Part shown: one piece after another, positions 49,626-58,095 of the stretch | Position numbering within the stretch: position 1 is the stretch's first letter | Layout of the letters: each line of letters begins with the position of its first letter | Origin: an uncultured Gemmatimonadales bacterium | Lineage (GTDB): Bacteria; Gemmatimonadota; Gemmatimonadetes; Gemmatimonadales; Gemmatimonadaceae | Length of the DNA stretch: 64,000 nucleotides | Assembly: GCA_963793305.1 (NCBI GenBank) | Contig: CAWBZV010000003.1 | Location: 768,001 to 832,000, forward strand | Reading direction: 5' to 3' | The notes under the pieces: generated by a model | What the model was told of the DNA's origin: nothing | What the model saw: only the letters and a program-made list of their open reading frames with translations | Databases searched by the model: none | Position numbers and translations under genes: made by a program

Positions 49626-50885
49626 ATGCCAAACTTTATCAAAGACGACATGGCCCACGACGGAGTCGACCGTCGTGGCTTTCTCGAATGCATGGCGTGG
49701 GCGGGCACGGGCCTCGTCTGGTCCATGGTCGGCGGTGTGCCGCGCTCGTTCGCCATCGGCGACGCGAAGGCGCCCAAGGACCTGTTCTTCGTGCAGATCT
49801 CGGACAGCCACATGGGATTCGACAAGGCGGCAAATGCCGACGTGGCTGGCACTTTTCAAGAAGCCATACGCCGTATCAACGCCTTCCCCAGCCAACCGGC
49901 ATTTCTCCTTCACACCGGTGATATCAGCCACCTGTCCAAGCCGACGGAGTTCGACGCCGTCGATCAGATGATCAAGTCGGCGAAGACCAAGACCGGTTCG
50001 ATTTTCTACGTCCCGGGCGAGCACGATGTGTTGAACGACCAGGGCGCGAGTTACCGGGATCGCTACGGCAAGAACACGCAGGGCAACGGCTGGTACTCGT
50101 TCGACCACTCCGGCGTGCACTTCATCGGGCTCGTGAACGTCATGGATCTCAAGCCCGGCGGCCTCGGAAGCTTGGGCTCGGAGCAGCTCGAGTGGCTGGA
50201 GAAAGACGTGAAGGGCCTGGCGTCTAGCACCCCGATCGTCGTCTTCGCCCATGTGCCACTGTGGGCCCTGTATCCCCAGTGGGGCTGGGGCACGGATGAT
50301 GGTGCACAGGCGCTCTCGTACTTGAAACGATTTGGGTCCGTGACCGTGCTCAACGGCCACATCCACCAGACCGTGCAGAAGATCGAGGGGAACATGACGT
50401 TCCACACGGCCCTCTCGACGGCGTTCCCACAGCCCGCGCCTGGGACGGCCGCGGGTCCTGGCCCAGTCGATGTCGGCGCCGACCGCCTGAGAAGCTTTCT
50501 GGGGCTTTCCAGCATCCGGTTTGCGGCCCACGCCGGCACGCTCTCGATCGTCGATTCGTCGTTGGCCGGCACGCCGGTGGCGGTGGCCGGAGCATCGAGC
50601 GCTCGTGGCAAGCCAAAGACACTCGCGCCTGTCGCCGACAATGAGATCGCGATCGACAACTTCGTGTTCAATCCGCCGAATCGCACCGTGCCGGCGGGGA
50701 CGACCGTCACCTGGATCAACCGCGACGACGTCCCGCACCGGATTGCCAGTTTTACTAACGCATTTACGCCCGGCCCGACGCTCGATACCGACGGCAAGTT
50801 CTCGCAGAAGTTCGAGACGCCGGGCGTGTACAAGTACTACTGCACCGTGCATCCCACGATGACGGGAATCATCACGGTCCAGTAG
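49626..50885 (+). CDS. Tat-exported metallophosphoesterase fused to a cupredoxin domain
   Basis: DRRGFL; SDSH, GD, GEHD, AHVP, GHIH; C-terminal PH...YYCTVHPTM. Confidence 0.9.
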   Translation: MPNFIKDDMAHDGVDRRGFLECMAWAGTGLVWSMVGGVPRSFAIGDAKAPKDLFFVQISDSHMGFDKAANADVAGTFQEAIRRINAFPSQPAFLLHTGDISHLSKPTEFDAVDQMIKSAKTKTGSIFYVPGEHDVLNDQGASYRDRYGKNTQGNGWYSFDHSGVHFIGLVNVMDLKPGGLGSLGSEQLEWLEKDVKGLASSTPIVVFAHVPLWALYPQWGWGTDDGAQALSYLKRFGSVTVLNGHIHQTVQKIEGNMTFHTALSTAFPQPAPGTAAGPGPVDVGADRLRSFLGLSSIRFAAHAGTLSIVDSSLAGTPVAVAGASSARGKPKTLAPVADNEIAIDNFVFNPPNRTVPAGTTVTWINRDDVPHRIASFTNAFTPGPTLDTDGKFSQKFETPGVYKYYCTVHPTMTGIITVQ

Positions 50886-52704
50886 GGAGGGCGAACACCA
50901 CCAGCGCGTCGCCATCGCCGAACACATCACCACCACCCGCGGCGACGGCGACGTACTGGCGTCCATCGCGCCCCTTGTACGTCATCGGCGTCGCCCGCCC
51001 GCCCGCGGGGAGATCGGCCGCCCACAACTCGCGGCCGGTCTCGATGTCGAACGCGCGAATCTTGCGATCCATCGTGGCGGCCATGAACACGAGCCCGCCG
51101 GCCGTGACGATCGGGCCGCCGAGGTTCGGGCTCCCGTGGCCGTCGTTGCCGAGGGGCACGTCCCAAATGTGTTCGCCCGTCCTCAAGCTCACGGCTACCA
51201 AACGGCCCCAGGGCTGAGGAGAGCAGGGGACGTGATTCGGCGCGATGATCCGCCGGCGCATGATGTACGGCGTCCCGCGCATCCGTGTGTACTGATAGTC
51301 GTAGCGCGATGACATGCTGTCGGCCGCCGCGCGGTCGAACTGATCATTGGGAATCAGCTTCACTTCGGCCACGACAGTATTGACGCCGGCGACCACGATG
51401 GACCGCGATGGGTCGTACGCGACACCACCCCAGTTCACGCCGCCGATGTTCGACGGAAGCTGCAGCGTCCCCTCGAGACTCGGCGGCGTGAAGATCCCCT
51501 CGTAGCGCAGGTTCGCCATCAGCGCCCGGCACTCCGGCGTGACGCTGTCGAGGCTAATGTGATGCGGGCTCAGGATGATCGACGAGAACGGCTGCGTGGG
51601 CGAAGCCTGCTCGCCGGGAATCGTGCTGGCGGGCACCGGGCGCTCTTCGACCGGGAACAACGGCTTGCCCGTCTCGCGGTCGAGCACGAAGAGCATACCG
51701 GTCTTTGTCGCTTCGAGTACGGCCTCGCCGCGTGGGGTCTTCACCAACGCTGGCGGCCCCGCGTTGTCGTAGTCCCACAAGTCGTGATGGACCGTCTGGA
51801 AATTCCAGACCATCTTGCCCGTCGTCGCGTGCAGGGCGACCACGGAGCTGCCATACCGATTGTCGCCGAGGCGCTCGCCGCCGTAGTAGTCGACGCTGGG
51901 ACTCGTCGTCGGCAGAATCACCCAGTCGCGGGCCGAGTCGACGGCGATGACCGACCAGACATTGGCGCCGCCGGTTTGGTGGGCATGAGGGCCCATCCAC
52001 GTGCGCCAGGCTGGGTCCGTGGAGTCTTGGACCACGGGATCCCAGGTCCACCGCAGCGCGCCCGTGCGGGCGTCGAATGCGCGGACCTCTCCGCTCGCCG
52101 CGTTGATGCGGCCGTTGTCGGCAATCGCCGAGCCGACCACGACGAGCCCGTGCACGATCGCGGGCGGTGACGTCTCCTCGTACTCCTCCGGGTAGTCGGT
52201 GCGCGGTGCGTTCCGAAGACCGGCTCGCAGGTCGATGGTTCCATGGTTGCCGAACTCGTCGATCGGCTTTCCAGTCTTGGCATCGAGCGCGATGAGACGG
52301 GCGTCGATGACAGCGACGAAGATCCGCCGGCGACCGTGGTCGTCCACCCACGTCGACACGCCACGGTTGGCGAAGTCGCCGAATTCGAGCTTGAGGTCCT
52401 CATGCGGGTCGAATTTCCAACGCTCAGCCCCCGTCACGGGATCTAGCGCTATGACTCGGCCAAGGGGCGTGCTGACGTACATCGTGCCGTCGACGACGAG
52501 CGGCGTGGCCTCGAATTGTTTTGGGCGCTCTGTCTTGAATTCGGGGGCCATCTCGCCCGTGTGATAGATCCAAGCGACTTTGAGCCGCGAGACGTTGGAC
52601 CGGGTGATTTCCGTGAGCGGAGAAAAACGGCCGCCGGCGCGATCATGGCCATAGGCGGGCCAGTCGCCGGTCTGCAGCAGCAGGAGTGTCAGGGGGATGA
52701 TCAT
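50872..52704 (-). CDS. PQQ-dependent dehydrogenase (glucose/quinate type)
   Basis: RFSPL.EI, FEATPL, RGV, QTVHHDLWDYD, GGVNWGG, ATPMTY...QYV. Confidence 0.93.
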   Translation of the reverse strand: MIIPLTLLLLQTGDWPAYGHDRAGGRFSPLTEITRSNVSRLKVAWIYHTGEMAPEFKTERPKQFEATPLVVDGTMYVSTPLGRVIALDPVTGAERWKFDPHEDLKLEFGDFANRGVSTWVDDHGRRRIFVAVIDARLIALDAKTGKPIDEFGNHGTIDLRAGLRNAPRTDYPEEYEETSPPAIVHGLVVVGSAIADNGRINAASGEVRAFDARTGALRWTWDPVVQDSTDPAWRTWMGPHAHQTGGANVWSVIAVDSARDWVILPTTSPSVDYYGGERLGDNRYGSSVVALHATTGKMVWNFQTVHHDLWDYDNAGPPALVKTPRGEAVLEATKTGMLFVLDRETGKPLFPVEERPVPASTIPGEQASPTQPFSSIILSPHHISLDSVTPECRALMANLRYEGIFTPPSLEGTLQLPSNIGGVNWGGVAYDPSRSIVVAGVNTVVAEVKLIPNDQFDRAAADSMSSRYDYQYTRMRGTPYIMRRRIIAPNHVPCSPQPWGRLVAVSLRTGEHIWDVPLGNDGHGSPNLGGPIVTAGGLVFMAATMDRKIRAFDIETGRELWAADLPAGGRATPMTYKGRDGRQYVAVAAGGGDVFGDGDALVVFALPTGP

Positions 52705-52762
52705 GGGCCCGAACGTACCTGTTGTCGGCCCCCGACTCTACAAAACCGGGTCAGGCGGGACC

Positions 52763-53410
52763 TCAGAGGGACGAGCGGGACACGTGATAGATCGCCATCT
52801 TGCCCTCTTTCTCGGTCTCCACCGCGAGCCCCTCGCTCTCACAGGCCCGCACAAACCCCGGTGCATGCACCCGCCCCGGATCGACAATGATCCCCTGGCC
52901 CTTGGGCGCCAACGTTCGTGCGAGGGCGCTGGCGATGAGAGCGGAGTAGGGCCGCTCGTACAGCACGTCGGCGCCAACAACGGCGTCGAATGTGCCCAGG
53001 TCTGGCATTGAGCGCCAATCAACGAGGCGCGTTTTGGGTGCACGCCTCGCGATCGCAAGAGCATTCAACTCGGCAAACAGGAGCGCGTCGGCGTAATAAT
53101 CTGTCGCCGTCACGTTCCAACCGGCCGCCAACGCGACCGCGGTGACCAGGCCGACCCCACAGCCGAGTTCCAGCAAACGTCCTTGTGCCTGGGGTAGGTG
53201 ATTGGCGAGCACCAGGGCCGATGGCCAGAGCTCGGCCCAATACGGCAGACGTTCATCATGCTCGAAGTCTTCGGGGCTGATCAACTCGTCCGCGCTACGC
53301 GGCTTGCGGATCGCGACCGTCGTATCGCCGACCGCGACCGACACAGTGACGACCGCAAACCGTCGGCCGAGCCGTCGTCTCAGTACTTGGTACTTTTGGA
53401 CCGGGGACAT
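52763..53410 (-). CDS. SAM-dependent methyltransferase (Methyltransf_16-like)
   Basis: PYWAELWPSA, LELGCGVG, TDY, GADVLY, DPGR. Confidence 0.88.
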   Translation of the reverse strand: MSPVQKYQVLRRRLGRRFAVVTVSVAVGDTTVAIRKPRSADELISPEDFEHDERLPYWAELWPSALVLANHLPQAQGRLLELGCGVGLVTAVALAAGWNVTATDYYADALLFAELNALAIARRAPKTRLVDWRSMPDLGTFDAVVGADVLYERPYSALIASALARTLAPKGQGIIVDPGRVHAPGFVRACESEGLAVETEKEGKMAIYHVSRSSL

Positions 53411-53454
53411 TTCAACGGTCGACGAATGCGCATCGGTCGTGTTAGTCTCGCCGC

Positions 53455-53697
53455 GTGCCACGACATCCAGATCTCAAGCCGTTGGGCGACACATTGCGGG
53501 AATTCCGTGAAGCCGCCGGAATCTCGCAAGAAAAGTTGGCGGACAAGGTGGGGATCGACCGGACGGTTATCGGCGCGACCGAGCGCGCCGAGCGCAACGT
53601 GGGATATCGGCAGATCCGCCGCGTGCTGGTCACGCTCGGCGTGAGCTGGACCGAGTTCGGACGGGAACTGGATAAACGAGATCAACGGCGCCGGTGA
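53455..53697 (+). CDS. XRE HTH regulator
   Basis: ISQEKLADKVGIDRT...ERAERNVG. Confidence 0.88.
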   Translation: MPRHPDLKPLGDTLREFREAAGISQEKLADKVGIDRTVIGATERAERNVGYRQIRRVLVTLGVSWTEFGRELDKRDQRRR

Positions 53698-53698
53698 C

Positions 53699-53724
53699 GC
53701 GCCCGGCCTCGAAGAGCCGGGCGC
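53699..53724. terminator. Stem-loop between convergent genes
   Basis: gcgcccggc-ctcgaaga-gccgggcgc. Confidence 0.5.
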
Positions 53725-53760
53725 ATCTTAACCGAGTTTCTAGCGGCGTAGTTCAGCCGC

Positions 53761-54177
53761 CTAGAAACGAACGAATACGGCTTCGCCCGTGTGCTCCGCG
53801 CGCTCGGCGGCCTGCGCCATCGCCTCACGCTGCGCGGCTGGCGTGTTGTCCGAGGGGGTGATCATGGACGTCTTCGGGGCCATGCCAGCGCCGGCGCACG
53901 TCACCTTGATGTCCATCGGCGAGAAGATGCCGATCGTGATCCACTCCACCAGCAGGTTGAGGAAGCTGTGCTGGGTCTCGACCTTCGCTACGCCCGATGC
54001 ACACTGCTTGGACACGTCCATGACGTTGGGCGGCACGAGACCGTCGACCCACGACTTGGCCCACTGCTGCTCGACGACCGTCGAGCTCTCGGCGCGACCG
54101 GTCGTGATGACGGCGTGATAGCACGCCATTGAGGATACGAGAGCCAGAACGAGCGGGGCACGGAAGGATCGTTTCAT
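53761..54177 (-). CDS. Bor/Iss-like lipoprotein
   Basis: Lipobox SMAC; GLVP, C..GVAKVETQHSFLN...TIGIFSP...VTC. Confidence 0.82.
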   Translation of the reverse strand: MKRSFRAPLVLALVSSMACYHAVITTGRAESSTVVEQQWAKSWVDGLVPPNVMDVSKQCASGVAKVETQHSFLNLLVEWITIGIFSPMDIKVTCAGAGMAPKTSMITPSDNTPAAQREAMAQAAERAEHTGEAVFVRF

Positions 54178-54366
54178 GCGTGAGCCTCTGAGGCAGGAGA
54201 TGGGGGATAGGCGCGCGGACATAATGGAATATCCAGGGTACCTCGGCAACCCTACTTAGGCCCCGAAAGAGAGCACCACCAAGAACCAGGTGCGGGGGGC
54301 CTGGCTCTTGGCGATGCGCATTTTCCCTGTGACCTACGTCACAGGCCCCATATTATTCTCACCACC

Positions 54367-54711
54367 TCACCTGGTGCGAGCCCAGGGGATGATATCGAGG
54401 CGCTCGAAGGGGATCGCCTCGCCGGTGCGTTCGTCCCGGCCGAACTTCTGCGGGTCGTGGTACAGACGGCGCAGCGCCTCGTCGATCTCCCCCAACTCGC
54501 GGGTCTCGCGCCCGGCCTCCTGCGCATCGAGCTCGCTGTCCATGGTATCCGTCCCCTCGTCCGCGAGGTGATACGGATAATGGGAAACGTCTCCCGCCGC
54601 GTCGGACGAGGTCACGCTCTTTCGCTGCCGATACTGATCGAGAGCGCCGATCACGCGCGACCGCTCCTCGAGCAGCCGCTTCTCCAGGTGCTTGCGTTGT
54701 TCGTCCGTCAT
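54367..54711 (-). CDS. DksA/TraR family protein lacking Zn cysteines
   Basis: HLADEGTD, IDEALRRL, FGRDERTGEAIPFERL..IPWA. Confidence 0.85.
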   Translation of the reverse strand: MTDEQRKHLEKRLLEERSRVIGALDQYRQRKSVTSSDAAGDVSHYPYHLADEGTDTMDSELDAQEAGRETRELGEIDEALRRLYHDPQKFGRDERTGEAIPFERLDIIPWARTR

Positions 54712-56963
54712 TCCGCCCCCCGCAGCGCAACTGCTGCCTGTGTAACGACCGCCGCCTCGTCGTCCAGCACCTTGCCGACGCGGACGATCTCCGAGTCCGC
54801 CAGTCCCCATTCCTTCTGTTCGATGGCCTCTCGAACGCCTGGCACGGTCTTCACCCCATACCCGGTATAAAATCCCGGCGCGTACAGCAGGTGTCTATAC
54901 CAGGGCCGGTTCGGCAAACCCCCGGCCGAGGTGAGAGCCCGTTCGCTTCGAATCAGTAAAGAGTTGATCGCGGCGAGTTTGTCGGGCGCTATGCGATCGA
55001 GCGCGGTCCCGTCCGTGTCGGCGGCCGCGGCCGCGTACTGTGACGCGGCCCGCGTCAGCGCATCGACCCCGTTCTCGAGCGGGGCGAAGTCGAGGTGCGG
55101 GGGCGTCGCCACCGAGTCCGGCGCTATCGTCGGTTGGCGGGGGTCGTTGACCGCCGCGAACACGCCATCGCGGAGCTCGCGGTTCTGCTCATTCAGCGAG
55201 TCGGTTTCGTCCTTGGCGAGCTTCTCGAGCTGCGTCCGATACTGGGCAACCGTCTCCGCCAGACCCGTATAATCAAACGGGATAATTTGCGCATCGGCCA
55301 AACGCATGACGCTCGTGCCGATCGTCTGCGCCAGGGCGCGACCGTACACGAAGCCCGTGTCCGAGAAGTGCGTGTACCAGTAGAAGTCGTCGTAGATCGA
55401 GTGGTAGATCCCGCCCGGGGTCTCGCCGTTGTATCCGAGGTTCGCCGAGGCGACCCCCAGGTGCTGAACGAAGGCCGAGTAGTCCGAGCCGGAGCCGAGC
55501 GCGGCGATGCGCAGGTTGCTGCGCGTGCGGACCTCGTCTCGCTCGGCCGGCGGGCCGTAGCGGAGACGTTCGGCTTGCCACCGGCGCCACACGGGGAGAC
55601 GCGTCTCGGGGTCCTGGATGTCCTTGGCGACATCGTTGAAGAACGCCTCCAGAATGTGCGAGCCCTCGATCTGCAGATATCCGCGATCGTTCGAATCCGT
55701 GTTGAGATACGCGACCGCATGTTGCTGGAGCTCGTCCGCGTGGGTCTCGGCCCACTCGGTCGAGCCGAGCAAGCCAGGCTCTTCGCCGTCCCAGGCGCAG
55801 TAGATGATCGTGCGGCGCGGCTTCCAGCCTTTGGCCAGCAACTGCCCAAACCCTCTAGCCTCCTCAATCAACGAGATCTGGCCCGAGATCGGATCCTCGG
55901 CCCCGTTCACCCACGCGTCGTGGTGATTGCCGCGGACGATCCACTCGTCCGGCGCCACGCTGCCTGGGATTCTGGCGATGACATCGTAGAGCGGCTTCGT
56001 GTTCCAGTCTGACTTGAGAAGCAGATGGACCTTGGTCGGTCCAGGGCCGCCGAACCGATACGTGATCGGCAGGCTGCCCCGCCAAGCGGCTGGGACAACC
56101 GGTCCCTTGAGCGCAGCCAGAAGCGGCTGTGCATCGCCATAGGAAATCGGCAGCACGGGGATCTTGGTCAGCGTCTTCACTTCGCTCAACGCCAACCGCT
56201 TCGCGCCCGGCACTGCCCCGATGCCAGGCGTCAGCGGATCGCCCGGATACGTCGGCATGTCCATGACGCTCCCGCGCTGCACGCCATCGCGCGGACGCAT
56301 CGGACCGTTCGGGAACACTTCACCCTCGGCGTACCCATCTTCGTGCGGATCGGAGTAGATCAAGCAACCAACGGCGCCATGCTCGGCCGCGACCTTGGGC
56401 TTGATGCCGCGCCAGGAGCCGCCATAGCGGGCGATGACAATCGCGCCTTTGACCGAGATCCCGTGACGCGCCAGCTCTGCATAGTCAGCCGGCACGCCGA
56501 AATTCACGTAGACGAGCGGCGCGGTGACGTCACCGTCGACGGAGTAGGCGTTGTATGTGGGCAGTTGCTCGGTCGCTTGACCCGACGTGGGATCGACGCT
56601 GAGCGCGGATTCTTTGAGCGAGAGACGAAATGGCGTCGGGGCGACCATCTCCACGAGCCGCTCTTTCGGCGTGGGGTACAGCACGTCGAATTGTTCAATG
56701 TGTGCGTCCAGGCCGAAGGATTTGAACTTTCCAAGAATCCACTCGGCGTTGTCCTTGTCGTATGCGGTGCCGACGTTATGTGGGCGCGCACTCAAACGCT
56801 GCATCGAGGCGCGCATCGTGTCTGGCACGGGGAGCGATTGGAATTGCTTTTCCCAGTCGCGTTCCGAGCGCGCGGCGGCGGTCGAATAGCCAGTGAGCCG
56901 CGGGTCGGGCGAAAAAATTATTACTACGGCAAGTAGCGGGCCGAGCCGAGTGAGTATAGGCAT
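54708..56963 (-). CDS. M28 peptidase, glutamate carboxypeptidase II-like (PA + TfR dimer domains)
   Basis: YNAYS, RGIK, QRGS, GNHHDAW, DPISG, WDGEE, GSGSDY, YHS. Confidence 0.93.
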   Translation of the reverse strand: MPILTRLGPLLAVVIIFSPDPRLTGYSTAAARSERDWEKQFQSLPVPDTMRASMQRLSARPHNVGTAYDKDNAEWILGKFKSFGLDAHIEQFDVLYPTPKERLVEMVAPTPFRLSLKESALSVDPTSGQATEQLPTYNAYSVDGDVTAPLVYVNFGVPADYAELARHGISVKGAIVIARYGGSWRGIKPKVAAEHGAVGCLIYSDPHEDGYAEGEVFPNGPMRPRDGVQRGSVMDMPTYPGDPLTPGIGAVPGAKRLALSEVKTLTKIPVLPISYGDAQPLLAALKGPVVPAAWRGSLPITYRFGGPGPTKVHLLLKSDWNTKPLYDVIARIPGSVAPDEWIVRGNHHDAWVNGAEDPISGQISLIEEARGFGQLLAKGWKPRRTIIYCAWDGEEPGLLGSTEWAETHADELQQHAVAYLNTDSNDRGYLQIEGSHILEAFFNDVAKDIQDPETRLPVWRRWQAERLRYGPPAERDEVRTRSNLRIAALGSGSDYSAFVQHLGVASANLGYNGETPGGIYHSIYDDFYWYTHFSDTGFVYGRALAQTIGTSVMRLADAQIIPFDYTGLAETVAQYRTQLEKLAKDETDSLNEQNRELRDGVFAAVNDPRQPTIAPDSVATPPHLDFAPLENGVDALTRAASQYAAAAADTDGTALDRIAPDKLAAINSLLIRSERALTSAGGLPNRPWYRHLLYAPGFYTGYGVKTVPGVREAIEQKEWGLADSEIVRVGKVLDDEAAVVTQAAVALRGAE

Positions 56964-57012
56964 GGCACGAAGTTGTGGCGCGCCGCTCGTCGACGCCAGT
57001 ATACTGTAACGC

Positions 57013-57831
57013 ATGAGCGAGCCGGCAACGTCCCCGGCCGCGGCGGAGCCAGCACAGGTCACCGTAGCCACCGCGACCGACAGTGGGAAATACGTTTACT
57101 GCATAGTTCGCAGTGACAAACCCCGGGATTTCGGGGAGATCGGCATCGGTGGGGGACGTCGGGTCTATACCGTCCAGTACAAAGATCTGTCGGCGGTGGT
57201 GAGCAACACGCCGATCGTGTTGTACGATCCGACAAGAGAAAACGTTCTCGCTCACGAGTTCGTCAACGAGACCGTCATGCGCGAGTACACGGTCATCCCG
57301 ATGAGCTTCGGCACGTTGTTCCGATCCGAGGACAACGTCACCGAGTTGCTGCGCTCGGCGTATCAGGCGTTCAACGATGTGCTCGACAAGATGCAGGACA
57401 AGATCGAATTTGGGCTCAAGATCCTGTGGGATCGCGAGAAAGTCATCGCCAATCTCGAGCAGCAGAATGACGAGATCCGGCGGCTCAAGGACGAGATCAC
57501 GAACAACGCCAGCTCCTCGACGTATTTCGCGCGGATGCAACTCGGGCGACTCGTCGAGGCCGCGCTCGAGGAGACCGGCAATCGGCTCGTCGCCGACGTG
57601 CACGACGCGTTGAAGCCCATCGCCGTCGCCAGTCGCAGCAACAAAGTCATCGGCGATCGTATGATCATGAACGCGGCGTTTCTCGTCGAGCGGGCGAAGA
57701 GTGAAGAATTCGACGAGGTCGTGCGCGAGGTCAGTCATCGCTACGACGAACTGCTGACGTTCAAGTACACCGGCCCCTGGCCGCCGTACAACTTCGTCAA
57801 CATCAAGCTCAAGCTCGAACGCGCGAGCTGA
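57013..57831 (+). CDS. Gas vesicle protein GvpF/GvpL
   Basis: YVYCIV, HE.V, VIPMSFGT, NAAFLV, TGPWPPYNFV. Confidence 0.93.
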   Translation: MSEPATSPAAAEPAQVTVATATDSGKYVYCIVRSDKPRDFGEIGIGGGRRVYTVQYKDLSAVVSNTPIVLYDPTRENVLAHEFVNETVMREYTVIPMSFGTLFRSEDNVTELLRSAYQAFNDVLDKMQDKIEFGLKILWDREKVIANLEQQNDEIRRLKDEITNNASSSTYFARMQLGRLVEAALEETGNRLVADVHDALKPIAVASRSNKVIGDRMIMNAAFLVERAKSEEFDEVVREVSHRYDELLTFKYTGPWPPYNFVNIKLKLERAS

Positions 57832-57843
57832 CGAGATCCCGCC

Positions 57844-58095
57844 ATGGGATTGCTCACGAAGTTGCTGTTCTTCCCGGTCGCTGGGCCCGTCGCCGGCATC
57901 CGCTGGACATTGGGCCAGGTGCAAGGCGTCGCCGAGCGAGAGCTCACCGACGATACGAAGATCAAGAACGATCTCATGGAGTTGCAGCTCAGACTCGAGC
58001 TCGGCGAGATCGACGAGGCCGAGTATGCGAAGGCCGAGGCCGTTCTCATGCAGCAGCTCCGTGACGTCAGAGAGTGGCGCGAGCGACTCGGCTGA
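57844..58095 (+). CDS. gvpG: Gas vesicle protein GvpG
   Basis: LLFFPV.GP..GIRW, AERE, LELGEIDEAEY...E..L. Confidence 0.88.
   Translation: MGLLTKLLFFPVAGPVAGIRWTLGQVQGVAERELTDDTKIKNDLMELQLRLELGEIDEAEYAKAEAVLMQQLRDVREWRERLG

Noticed and set aside
56963..56990. Sigma54 promoter for the gvp operon (tggcacg-aag-ttgt)
   Set aside because: Wrong spacing and no -12 GC.
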